A stretch of DNA of 64,000 nucleotides, taken from the NCBI GenBank assembly GCA_051881915.1, contig JBJEQV010000022.1:1338-65337 (forward strand), given 5' to 3'. This document shows, piece by piece, positions 40,429-49,987 of the stretch (its first letter is position 1; the number at the start of each line of letters is the position of its first letter). Source of the DNA: Porcipelethomonas sp. (GTDB taxonomy: Bacteria; Bacillota; Clostridia; Oscillospirales; Ruminococcaceae). Below the pieces are notes generated by a model. That model searched no databases. It was given only the letters and a program-made list of their open reading frames with translations, and had not been told where the DNA came from. A program made the translations under genes and the position numbers.

Positions 40429-42753
40429 ATGAAAAAGTTGAATAAATTTCTTGCAGGAATAATGGCTGTGATGATCGCAGCTGCAAATGCGGGAATCTGC
40501 GTATCAGCTGAAAACAAATCATCAGACAGCGGATCAGACTACAAGGATGAGACAGTTTACATCGTAGCTGATCCGGATGGTTCAGAAAGCAAAATCATTG
40601 TCAGTGACTGGCTGAAAAACAAATCCGGTTCTGACAGTATCAGTGACATTTCTGATCTGGAAGGCATAGAAAATGTCAAAGGGGACGAAACATTTACTCA
40701 GAGCGGCAATAACGTTTCGTGGGCTGCATCAGGTGAAGACATATACTACAAGGGAACAAGCAGCAGACAGCTTCCTGTAAGTGTCAAAGTAACCTATTAT
40801 CTTGACAACAAGGAAATTTCTCCGGATGAGCTTGCCGGAAAAAGCGGAAAGGTCAGGATCAGATATGATTATACGAACAACAGCAAAAAAACGGTAAAAA
40901 TCAACGGCAAAAATCATGAAATATACACCCCTTTCGTAATGGTAAGTGCAGTGATCCTCGACAGTCAGAAGTTCAGCAATGTTGAGGTAACAAACGGAAA
41001 AACGATCTCTGACGGCAACAGGATATTTGCTGCCGGAACTGCACTTCCCGGAGTTTCCGAAAGTCTCGGCATTGACAAAAAGGAAACCGGTATTGAACTT
41101 CCCGAATATTTCGAGATCACAGCCGACGTTGCCGATTTCTCACTCGGCACATCATTCACTGTTGCATACAACGAAATTTTCTCTGAACTTGACTTAAACG
41201 ATACGGACGATATTAAGGAAGTCGGAGATAAACTAAAGGATATCGGCGATTCGGTCAATAAACTGGCAGATGGTTCAAAGGCTCTTTACGACGGTATCGT
41301 CAGGCTCTCTGACGGTTCCGACACCCTTTCAGACGGAATAGACCGCCTCAGTGACGGATCATACCAGCTTTACCTCGGTGCTGGAGAGCTTGCAGACGGC
41401 ACTTCACAGATCACAGACGGAGCGTATACCCTTTATACCGGCATTTCGTCCCTTTCAGACGGTATTGCAGAAGCAAAAAAGGGTTCGTCAGCTCTTGTTT
41501 CGGGCACACAGCAGCTGAAAGAAGGCTTTGACCCGCTTCTTGACGGTGCAAACTCACTTTCCGACGGTGCTTCAGGCTTGCTTGAGGGCACGAAAAAGCT
41601 CCAGAGCGGCGCAGAAACTCTTACAAGCGGCGCCAGACAGCTTCTTGACGGCTCCGGCACTCTTGCCGATTCAACTGCACAGCTTTCAGCCGGTATCACA
41701 AATGCCAAATCCGGATTTGAAGCACTTCATGAGGGAATAAAGTCTGTTGACAATGGTGCCGACCAGCTTATTGACGGCTCCGCTCAGCTTGAAGCAGGCG
41801 CAGGCGCATTATCAGACGGTCTTGAACAGGCAGGCGAAAGTCTTGACACAACTATTGAATACAATAAGCAGGTTCTGGAGGGCCTCAGAGCAGTGTATGC
41901 ACAAATGCCGTCCGACAGCATCGCTGCTATGATTGATACGCTGGAACAGACAATCGCAGGTCAGGAACAGATCTCATCATCTATGAAGGACGGAGGACAG
42001 CTTGGCAGCAGCGCAGATGCACTTGAAGAAGGGGCTGCTTCTCTTGGAGACGGAATCGATGCACTCAAAACAGGCACATCATCTCTCAGCTCAGGAGCTG
42101 ACGAGCTTTCGGCAGGATTAAATACACTTGATGAATCAGCAAAGCTTATAAGTGACGGCGCAGCTGCACTTTACGAATCAATTTCAGTTCTTTGCAGCGG
42201 TGCTGACGATCTTTTTGATGGAACCAATACACTCGCATCTGCAAACAAAAGCATGCAGAGCGGTTCAAAACAGCTGAGAGACGGTATCAAAACAGCTTCA
42301 GACGGAGTTGACGCTGTTTCCGACGGTGTATGTGCACTTGACTCGGGTCTTGATGCTCTTTCAGCAGGAAGCTCGGCGCTGTTAACCGGTTCTGAAACGC
42401 TTTACAGATCAATGCTCACACTTAAAAACGGCTCTGATACTCTGTATGACGGTTCGGGAGAGCTTAAAGATGGCATATCATCTCTCAGCAGCGGCTCAGA
42501 GGAGCTTATTGACGGTGTAAAACAGCTTGAATCCGGTTCAAAGGATCTTAGTGACGGTATGACAAAGTTCAGGAAAGAAGCTGTTGATAAGATAACGGAT
42601 ATTTACGAAAATGATATCAGGGAACTTGTCGATATACTTAGCGAGCTTTCAGATTCCGCAAAGGAGTACAACAACTATTCGGGAATAAACAGCGATATGA
42701 ACGGAAACGTCAAGTTTATTTACACCATTGAGGGCATAGAGTCCGAAGAATAA
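40429..42753 (+). CDS. Secreted YhgE/Pip-like protein with xxxLxxG heptad repeats
   Basis: Signal peptide, KDETVY..D.DG, LPVSVKVTYYLD, and a long L.DG heptad coiled-coil array. Confidence 0.8.
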   Translation: MKKLNKFLAGIMAVMIAAANAGICVSAENKSSDSGSDYKDETVYIVADPDGSESKIIVSDWLKNKSGSDSISDISDLEGIENVKGDETFTQSGNNVSWAASGEDIYYKGTSSRQLPVSVKVTYYLDNKEISPDELAGKSGKVRIRYDYTNNSKKTVKINGKNHEIYTPFVMVSAVILDSQKFSNVEVTNGKTISDGNRIFAAGTALPGVSESLGIDKKETGIELPEYFEITADVADFSLGTSFTVAYNEIFSELDLNDTDDIKEVGDKLKDIGDSVNKLADGSKALYDGIVRLSDGSDTLSDGIDRLSDGSYQLYLGAGELADGTSQITDGAYTLYTGISSLSDGIAEAKKGSSALVSGTQQLKEGFDPLLDGANSLSDGASGLLEGTKKLQSGAETLTSGARQLLDGSGTLADSTAQLSAGITNAKSGFEALHEGIKSVDNGADQLIDGSAQLEAGAGALSDGLEQAGESLDTTIEYNKQVLEGLRAVYAQMPSDSIAAMIDTLEQTIAGQEQISSSMKDGGQLGSSADALEEGAASLGDGIDALKTGTSSLSSGADELSAGLNTLDESAKLISDGAAALYESISVLCSGADDLFDGTNTLASANKSMQSGSKQLRDGIKTASDGVDAVSDGVCALDSGLDALSAGSSALLTGSETLYRSMLTLKNGSDTLYDGSGELKDGISSLSSGSEELIDGVKQLESGSKDLSDGMTKFRKEAVDKITDIYENDIRELVDILSELSDSAKEYNNYSGINSDMNGNVKFIYTIEGIESEE

Positions 42754-42782
42754 CGCTTACATCTAATCCATTATATATCTGA

Positions 42783-42870
42783 AAAAGGGAAGTCTTATAC
42801 ATGGCTTCCCTTTTTCGTACTGTTGGCATTATACAAAAAATCCGGCACCTGCTTTATGCAGACACCGGAC
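42783..42870. terminator. Two hairpins between convergent yhgE-like and amt genes
   Basis: AAAAAGGGAAGTC/GGCTTCCCTTTTT and TCCGG..CTGC/GCAG..CCGGA. Confidence 0.7.
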
Positions 42871-42956
42871 ATTTCAATTACGATATTATATTTTCACTTC
42901 TTTTGAAACCGACTATAACTTTTTATTCCGTGTAAGCTGATCCCGGAAATTAATCT

Positions 42957-44663
42957 TTAGTTATCGTCATCACCCTGAAGGGCGTCAAAACCTGTTTCAC
43001 CGGTTCTGATCTTAACAGCATTTTCAACATCAAAGATAAAGATCTTGCCGTCACCGATATTGCCTGTGTAAAGAGCCTTCTTAGCGGCATTTACAACGTC
43101 CTCAACAGGAACCTTGGAAACAACGACCTCGGCCTTTACCTTCGGACGAAGCTGAACATCTTCACGCTCAACACCTCTGTAATATGTTTTCTGGCCCTTC
43201 TGAGTACCATAACCCATTACATTTGTAATTGTGATACCCTTTACGCCGATCTCATTGAAGGCTGTCTGAAGAGCTTCAAGCTTTTCAGGCTTTAAGATAA
43301 TTGAAAGCTTTGTGATCTTCGGCAATCCGTCAGAAACAGCTTTTGATGTAAGATCTGTAACAGGTACTGCCTTTGCTGCGGGTACAGCAGCAGCTGTTTT
43401 TGCTCCGGAAACAGAATATTTTTCAGGCACAGGCATAAAGTCTGCATAGCTTGAAGGAAGGTTGTGCTCTGTTGCGTCCAGACCGATGATTTCTTCTTCT
43501 CTTGAAGCTCTCAGTCCGATAGTAGCCTTGATTGCAAAGAATGTAATTGTAATTACAACTGCTGTCCATGCGGCAACAGCAACAACACCTGTACACTGCT
43601 TTCCGAGAAGCCCGAGACCGCCGCCGGCGAAAAGACCATCGTATGTATCATTGCCGGGAACTGAAGTTGTAGCAAAAAGACCTACTGCAACAGTACCCCA
43701 GATACCGTTCATCATATGAACTGCAACTGCACCGACCGGATCGTCAATGTGAAGCTTATGGTCAAGAAGCCATACGCCGAAAGGAACAAGCAGACCTGAT
43801 ACGATTCCTACAAAAACAGCGCCTGCTGCGTCAATAACATCGCATCCTGCCGTTATTCCTACAAGACCTGCAAGAGATGCGTTAAGACACATTGAAACAT
43901 CGGGCTTTCCGTATTTGATCCACGTAAATACCATACATGTGACAGTTGCTATTGCAGGAGCAATTGTAGTTGTAACGAAGATAGAACCAAGCTGTCCGAG
44001 GGAAGTTGCGGCAGCGCCGTTGAATCGGTACCATCCGAACCAGAGAATAAAACATCCCAGTGCGCCGAGAGTGAGAGAATGTCCCGGAATTGCACGAACC
44101 TTTATAACCTTGCCCTTGTCATCAGTCTTGAATTTTCCGATACGGGGTCCGAGGATCTTTGCGCCGATAAGAGCTGACACACCGCCTACCATGTGAATAG
44201 CACATGAACCGGCAAAGTCATGGAAGCCCCACTGTGAAAGCCAGCCGTTGCCCCAGATCCAGTGCGCTTCGATAGGATAAATCAAAGCGGAAATAACTCC
44301 TGAATAAACACAATACGAAATGAACTTTGTTCTCTCAGCCATAGCACCGGAAACGATCGTTGCTGTTGTCGCACAGAAAACAAGATTGAATACGAATCCT
44401 GACCAGTCAAAATTCTCATAGTTTGTGATAATATCAAATCCGGGCTTTCCGATCAGACCTGCAACGTCCTCACCGAGCAGAAGTCCGTAGCCAATAAGAA
44501 TAAATACTACTGTACCAATACAAAAATCCATCAGGTTTTTCATTATGATATTGCCGGCATTCTTTGCTCTGGTAAAGCCTGTCTCAACCATTGCAAATCC
44601 ACACTGCATAAAGAATACTAATGCGGCGCCGATAAGAAACCATACGCCATATAGTTCATCCAT
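42957..44663 (-). CDS. amt: Ammonium transporter fused to a C-terminal PII domain
   Basis: FFMQCGFAM.E.G, SGAMAER, HDFAGSCAIH, DDPVGAVAVH; then PII motifs G.GTQKG...YRG...PK and TGNIGDGKIF...KIRTGE. Confidence 0.93.
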   Translation of the reverse strand: MDELYGVWFLIGAALVFFMQCGFAMVETGFTRAKNAGNIIMKNLMDFCIGTVVFILIGYGLLLGEDVAGLIGKPGFDIITNYENFDWSGFVFNLVFCATTATIVSGAMAERTKFISYCVYSGVISALIYPIEAHWIWGNGWLSQWGFHDFAGSCAIHMVGGVSALIGAKILGPRIGKFKTDDKGKVIKVRAIPGHSLTLGALGCFILWFGWYRFNGAAATSLGQLGSIFVTTTIAPAIATVTCMVFTWIKYGKPDVSMCLNASLAGLVGITAGCDVIDAAGAVFVGIVSGLLVPFGVWLLDHKLHIDDPVGAVAVHMMNGIWGTVAVGLFATTSVPGNDTYDGLFAGGGLGLLGKQCTGVVAVAAWTAVVITITFFAIKATIGLRASREEEIIGLDATEHNLPSSYADFMPVPEKYSVSGAKTAAAVPAAKAVPVTDLTSKAVSDGLPKITKLSIILKPEKLEALQTAFNEIGVKGITITNVMGYGTQKGQKTYYRGVEREDVQLRPKVKAEVVVSKVPVEDVVNAAKKALYTGNIGDGKIFIFDVENAVKIRTGETGFDALQGDDDN

Positions 44664-44710
44664 ATAAATCATCCTCCAAATACTTTTTTGACATGCTTGC
44701 CGGCAAATGC

Positions 44711-44808
44711 AAAAAAGGTGCTGAAAAAGACATCCGAATCCGGATCATCTTTCTCAGCACCTTTGCTGTCTATGCATTTAGTATATACCATATCTTTGTA
44801 AATGTCAA
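44711..44808 (-). promoter_or_regulatory. amt promoter with ANTAR-type hairpin and attenuator terminator
   Basis: TTGACA-17-TATACT; AGC-AAAGGT-GCT hexaloop hairpin (44756-44767) overlapping the 5' arm of a long terminator ending in CAGCACCTTTTTT. Confidence 0.75.
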
Positions 44809-45008
44809 TAGATTTATAAGTAAATAAATCCATATATTTTTTATTTTATTTTATAAATTTTGCACAAACTTCATTTTTTTAAGAATATGTGCCGTCAAAC
44901 AAAACTTTATTTAATTTCATGGGCATTTTTCTCAGAAATCCGCCCGTACAATCTGCTTCATAAACCTTTTTGACGGCTTCATCAGTCATCTTTAAAAGCT
45001 CGCCGCTC

Positions 45009-45037
45009 TTTACAAAGCATATAAAATGTTGTATAAT
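45009..45037 (+). promoter_or_regulatory. Predicted sigma-A promoter for the GS-like and ANTAR genes
   Basis: TTTACA-17-TATAAT; short leader with no terminator. Confidence 0.6.
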
Positions 45038-45070
45038 AAATAAATAATATTATGAACGGAGTGTCTGATT

Positions 45071-46360
45071 ATGAACTATTCTCCTAAAGAAATTTTAAGC
45101 TTTGTCGAAGAGAATGATGTTAAATTTATAAGGCTGACTTTCACTGATATTTACGGTAATCTGAAAAATATCGCAATTATGCCTGATGAACTTTCCCGTG
45201 CATTTGAACACGGAATACCGTTTGACGCAACGACCCTTGCAGGATGTCATTCCGATCTTCTTCTTGTTCCGGATATCTCTACCTTATCCGTGCTTCCATG
45301 GAGACCTAAATCGGGACGTGTTATAAGATTTTTCTGCAATATAATCTGTACCGACGGAACTCCTTATAAAGGAGATCTGAGAAACGAGCTCAATTCCTTT
45401 GTATCTGAAATGAAAAGCGAAGGATACAGCTGCGAGATCGGTACAAAATGTGAATTCTATCTTTTCAACACAGATGATGAAGGCGAACCGACAAAAGCGC
45501 CTCACGATCATGCCGGATATCTTGATATTGCACCTCTGGACAAATGTGAAAATGTAAGACGTGAAATATGCCTTTCCCTTGAAGAAATGGGCTTTAACCC
45601 GCAGAGTTCACGTCACACTCACGGTCCCGGTCAGAATGAAATAGATTTCAAAAAAAGCGATCCTCTTACCGCTGCCGACAATATGGTTTATTACAAGACC
45701 GTCGTTAAAAATATCGCTGCTCAGAACGGACTTTTTGCGTCATTTATGCCAAAACCGATCTCAAATCAGTTCGGAAGCGGACTGCATATCGGCATAGCTG
45801 TAAATCATAACGGAGAACCGATCTTCTCCAGATCCTTTGAAGATTATACGGAAGAAGGAAGCAGTTTTATTGCCGGAATACTTAACAGAATAAAGGAAAT
45901 CACATGCTTTTTAAACCCGATCACAAATTCATATAAGCGCCTGGGAGAAAACTTCGCCCCGAAATACGTTAACTGGTCCTATGAAAACCGTTCCCAGCTT
46001 ATCCGCGTTCCGTTTACAACAGGAAATCATCCGAGGATCGAGATCCGCTCTGCTGACGCAGTATGTAACCCTTATATTGTATTCAAGCTTCTTCTGGCAG
46101 CCGGCTTTGAGGGTATCAGAAACAAGCTTACTCTCAGCCGGGAAACCTTCAAGGACGCCGTAAATTCAAATTTTGATGAACTTCCATCAAATCTTGATGA
46201 TGCTATTTCCCTTGCAAAGTCAAGTGATTTTGTCAGAGAAAACCTTTCACCTGAAATTTATGATGCTGTTTTCAGACATCTTACATATACCGTTACAAAA
46301 TACGATATGGCGGAAGATAAGCAGGAATTTGAGGATGAATTCTATTTTAAAATTATTTAA
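45071..46360 (+). CDS. Glutamine synthetase I-family protein with a degenerate active site
   Basis: ENDVKFIRLTFTD, GQNEIDF, FMPKP, GSGLH, NSYKRL, NRSQLIRVP, RIEIR present; several catalytic residues substituted. Confidence 0.85.
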   Translation: MNYSPKEILSFVEENDVKFIRLTFTDIYGNLKNIAIMPDELSRAFEHGIPFDATTLAGCHSDLLLVPDISTLSVLPWRPKSGRVIRFFCNIICTDGTPYKGDLRNELNSFVSEMKSEGYSCEIGTKCEFYLFNTDDEGEPTKAPHDHAGYLDIAPLDKCENVRREICLSLEEMGFNPQSSRHTHGPGQNEIDFKKSDPLTAADNMVYYKTVVKNIAAQNGLFASFMPKPISNQFGSGLHIGIAVNHNGEPIFSRSFEDYTEEGSSFIAGILNRIKEITCFLNPITNSYKRLGENFAPKYVNWSYENRSQLIRVPFTTGNHPRIEIRSADAVCNPYIVFKLLLAAGFEGIRNKLTLSRETFKDAVNSNFDELPSNLDDAISLAKSSDFVRENLSPEIYDAVFRHLTYTVTKYDMAEDKQEFEDEFYFKII

Positions 46361-46375
46361 AGGTTGTGGGATCTT

Positions 46376-46945
46376 ATGAACAAAGTGCTTCTGGCTTCCG
46401 GGTCTGATAAGGGCATAGGGCTGCTTTCCCAGCTTCTGAAATCCTCCGGATTCACACAGATCACAAATACGGCAAGCGGAAACGATGCACGAAGATGTAT
46501 TGACCAGACTGAGTATGACCTTGTTGTGATCAATACTCCTCTTTCCGATGAATTCGGTCATGAACTGTCAATGAAAGTTTCTGAATCTTCAAATTCCGGA
46601 ATTATTCTGATATGCAAGTCAGATATTGCAGACGACGTTTCCGATAAACTAAGCTGCTATGGAGTCTGCGTGATTTCAAAGCCGGTAAACAAGGCAGTGT
46701 TTCACCAGACGCTGAAGCTTGTTTCCGCAACACGTTCGAGAATTCTCGGTCTTCAGAACGAAAACTTCAAGCTTCAGACCAAAATCGAAGAGATCCGTCT
46801 TGTAAACCGTGCCAAATGCGCGCTTATCCAGTATCTTAAATTTTCCGAGCCTCAGGCTCACAGATACATTGAAAAACAGGCTATGGACACGCGTTCCACA
46901 CGAAAGGAGGTCGCACAGCGGATTCTTTCAACGTATGAAACCTGA
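46376..46945 (+). CDS. ANTAR-domain antiterminator with pseudo-receiver domain (AmiR/NasT/NitR-like)
   Basis: Receiver fold with VVINTP (Asn at the phospho-Asp position), coiled coil, ANTAR motif RLVNRAK..LI.....SEPQAHRYIEKQAMD.R. Confidence 0.92.
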   Translation: MNKVLLASGSDKGIGLLSQLLKSSGFTQITNTASGNDARRCIDQTEYDLVVINTPLSDEFGHELSMKVSESSNSGIILICKSDIADDVSDKLSCYGVCVISKPVNKAVFHQTLKLVSATRSRILGLQNENFKLQTKIEEIRLVNRAKCALIQYLKFSEPQAHRYIEKQAMDTRSTRKEVAQRILSTYET

Positions 46946-46959
46946 AATCACTATAAATA

Positions 46960-46997
46960 AAAACAGTCCGTGAAGAAAAACTTCACGGACTGTTTTT
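46960..46997. terminator. Bidirectional terminator
   Basis: AAAACAGTCCGTGAAG/CTTCACGGACTGTTTT inverted repeat. Confidence 0.85.
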
Positions 46998-47089
46998 GGT
47001 AGTCCTGCAATCTGATAAGAACCTACCTGTCCATACTCAAATAATCTGAATATATTCTTTCTGACACAAAGAAAATGTAAATTCAAAAC

Positions 47090-48346
47090 TTACTCATATC
47101 TCAGTGCGTCAATAGGATTGAGATTTGCTGCCTTAACAGATGGTATAAGACCAAAAACGATTCCAACAACCATTGAAAACGCAACCGAAACTGCTATCGC
47201 AAGTCCGCTTACAGCAACAGGAACATCCGCAAATTTTGATATTATCTGTGCAAGTCCTATTCCGGCGCCCACACCGATAAGTCCTCCTATGCTGGTAAGT
47301 ACCGAGGCTTCTGTAAGAAACTGTGCAAGAATCCTTCTTTTCCTTGCTCCGAGTGCCTTTTTCAGTCCGATCTCCCTTGTTCTTTCCGTAACGGAAACAA
47401 GCATTATATTCATAACGCCGATACCGCCTACAAGCAGCGAAATACTTGCGATCCAGATAAGCATTTTATTTGTTGACGAGCTCAGATCCTGCATGGATTT
47501 TGCCTGTTCCAGAAGACTCTCGCTCTTATATTTGACATTGCTCTCACTGTCAGCATAGATCCCTTCATTAAGAATATCTGCTGCTTTTTTTCCGGCAGCA
47601 GTCATGCTGTCAGTATCCTTTGCCCTTGCTGTACAATTCTGCGGCTCATCATACTTGAATGAAACAGGCCATGAACGGGTCGGAATAAAGATCTGTCCGC
47701 TTGAATCGGTTTTATAAGTATAATAATCCTCAATTGAGTTTATAACCGGTTCAAACTTGCTGCTTTTCACCGCAACACCTATTACAGTAAACGGTTCACC
47801 ATTAATATCAATGCATTTCCCTACCGGATCCTCACCCTCAAAAAGGCTTTTTACAGCTGCTGTATCAATAACAGCAGTTTTTCTGTTGTCATTGTAATCC
47901 CTGTCGGAAAATCCCTTGCCCGATTTGATCCTGTATCCCATAACGCTGAAATAATCTTCATCAATACCTAAAACATTACCGCCTGCCAGCTGATTATCCA
48001 GATAAAAAATGGTATCACAGTACTGTCTCTGCCTGTAAAGAGTCACAGCGTCAATCTCATCAAGATTTTCTATCCTTTCCTTAACATCATCTGAAATTAC
48101 AGGAACACCGTAAGGCACCGGCTGATACCCGAAATCAAAGGTACCGTCTCCCTGATAAAGCTGAATATTTACCGTATTGTTTCCCGCACCGATAAGATTG
48201 TTCTTGATCTGTTCGTTTGTTCCCTTAATTGTAGAAACAATTGCAATTATCGCGGCAATACCGATAATAATACCCAGCATTGTTAACAATGAACGTATCT
48301 TATGGGAAAATATCCCTTTAAACGACAATCTGATATTCTCAAACAT
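47090..48346 (-). CDS. MacB/FtsX-type ABC permease
   Basis: RSLLTMLGIIIG, GGIGVMNIMLVSVTERTREIG, PIDALRYE. Confidence 0.93.
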   Translation of the reverse strand: MFENIRLSFKGIFSHKIRSLLTMLGIIIGIAAIIAIVSTIKGTNEQIKNNLIGAGNNTVNIQLYQGDGTFDFGYQPVPYGVPVISDDVKERIENLDEIDAVTLYRQRQYCDTIFYLDNQLAGGNVLGIDEDYFSVMGYRIKSGKGFSDRDYNDNRKTAVIDTAAVKSLFEGEDPVGKCIDINGEPFTVIGVAVKSSKFEPVINSIEDYYTYKTDSSGQIFIPTRSWPVSFKYDEPQNCTARAKDTDSMTAAGKKAADILNEGIYADSESNVKYKSESLLEQAKSMQDLSSSTNKMLIWIASISLLVGGIGVMNIMLVSVTERTREIGLKKALGARKRRILAQFLTEASVLTSIGGLIGVGAGIGLAQIISKFADVPVAVSGLAIAVSVAFSMVVGIVFGLIPSVKAANLNPIDALRYE

Positions 48347-48358
48347 TTTTCTGCCTCC

Positions 48359-49987
48359 TTACCACTGAATCTCATCAGTTTCACGGGTTTTTATGCCCTC
48401 TCTGATGTTTTTTCCGTAAGGGAAGCATATTTTATCATCCTGTGTCAGTCCGCCCTTGATTTCGATCTCACTGCCGTAGATTATCTTTCCTGTCTTTATA
48501 TACTGCTTTTCAAGTCTTCCGTTCTCTCCGGCTTTCATGACATAATATTGTCCGTCTTCTTCCCTTGTATAATGCACCGGTATATAAAAAGTATCGCCAA
48601 GTTCTGTTTTCGGAACAGTAACGCCTACCCAGTCACCCACATTGAATCCTTCGGTCTCTCCCAGCACGCTTGCATTAAAGGTATAAGTGCTGCTGTTGGG
48701 ATTGCTGCCCCAGTTATAATAATCGGTAACAGGAGTCATGTCAATTGATGTGACCTCAGCTTCGGTATATCCGCCTGTTTCATAAGACATCACATTCACA
48801 ACTGATCCGATTGAAATGTCATCAAGATTCAGCTCACCGATATTCACTTTGATATTCAGTCCCTCACTGCCCTGTATTACAACCATGGCAGAGTCTGTAT
48901 TTTCCGGATCTGTGCCGTCGTTTACCGAAGTAACAACACCATCTATACGGCTTACAGCCTGACCGTCTTCTTTTTTAGCAGCTGCCTGACGGTATGCAAT
49001 GTCCGCCGATTTTTTATCAAGCTCCAGTGTTTTAAGCTCCGCCTGCTTATCAGAGATCATTTTTGCAATTTCTGCTTTTGAGTACAGATAATCGTCTGAA
49101 CCCGGAGTTATAAAGCTCTGTTCATATTCCTCCTGTGAATATTCATACGAAAAGTCATCATAGTAATCTTCAGGAATTTCCTCCTGTGCGGCAAAAGCTC
49201 TGAAAACCCCGTATATACTGCCAGAATAGTCAACGCTTACATTTCCTGTGCCGTCAGCCTCAACATTTGCTCCGACTGTCCAGTCCTCAGTCTGCCCGGG
49301 CTGAATCTTCACACCGTTTACTCCCCACATATAGATCAGTGTATTGTTTTCATAAATATCAAAGTCCGCAAACAAGCCGTTTTCAGCCATAAAATTCAGA
49401 AATGAGGCTGAAACAACAGTTTCGCTGCTGCAATTAAAAACATAGGGGTCTTCCTGAGTACCTTTTCCTGATACAGCTGAAGAAGCGTCATCAATGCGCT
49501 TTGCTGTTGAGATCTGGGGCTTTTCAGGCATCGTCGGTTCAGGAGGCTGGGTAGGCTCCGGCATCGGAGGTATAGCCTCGGACGGCTTTAAATTCTGAAG
49601 CCTTGCAATTTCTCTGTTAGCCTGCTTAATATTGTCCTCTGCCACTGCAAGATTATTTTCCTTCTGCCTCAGATCAAGCTCAAGAAGCGTTATGTCGTAC
49701 TTAACAACAGGTGTCCCCTTTTTTACAACGTCCCCTTCTTTAACAAGAATTTCCTCCACAAGCATGGACTCATCCTGCATTATTTTCTGAACATCTCCGG
49801 AACTGACAGTCCCCTCCAGCTGAAGCTCATCACCCCAGTAGCTGTCCGTCATATAACTTACAGGCACTACATCTGCGACAGCCTTATTCTTCTTGCGCGC
49901 ATCATTGATCTTATATCCGCCGAAGGTTCCTCCTGCCGCAACAGCGACACAAGAAACAGCTATGATGATTTTTCCTGTTGTTTTCAT
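48359..49987 (-). CDS. Membrane-fusion (adaptor) subunit 2
   Basis: N-terminal anchor, ILVKEGDVVKKG lipoyl half, SRIDGVV, C-terminal IKTG...EIKGGL; Pro-rich insert. Confidence 0.8.
   Translation of the reverse strand: MKTTGKIIIAVSCVAVAAGGTFGGYKINDARKKNKAVADVVPVSYMTDSYWGDELQLEGTVSSGDVQKIMQDESMLVEEILVKEGDVVKKGTPVVKYDITLLELDLRQKENNLAVAEDNIKQANREIARLQNLKPSEAIPPMPEPTQPPEPTMPEKPQISTAKRIDDASSAVSGKGTQEDPYVFNCSSETVVSASFLNFMAENGLFADFDIYENNTLIYMWGVNGVKIQPGQTEDWTVGANVEADGTGNVSVDYSGSIYGVFRAFAAQEEIPEDYYDDFSYEYSQEEYEQSFITPGSDDYLYSKAEIAKMISDKQAELKTLELDKKSADIAYRQAAAKKEDGQAVSRIDGVVTSVNDGTDPENTDSAMVVIQGSEGLNIKVNIGELNLDDISIGSVVNVMSYETGGYTEAEVTSIDMTPVTDYYNWGSNPNSSTYTFNASVLGETEGFNVGDWVGVTVPKTELGDTFYIPVHYTREEDGQYYVMKAGENGRLEKQYIKTGKIIYGSEIEIKGGLTQDDKICFPYGKNIREGIKTRETDEIQW

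Noticed and set aside
41250-42560. CRISPR-like or tandem DNA repeat (recurring GACGG)
   Set aside because: Explained by the xxxLxDG protein heptads; no conserved repeat-spacer structure and no cas genes.
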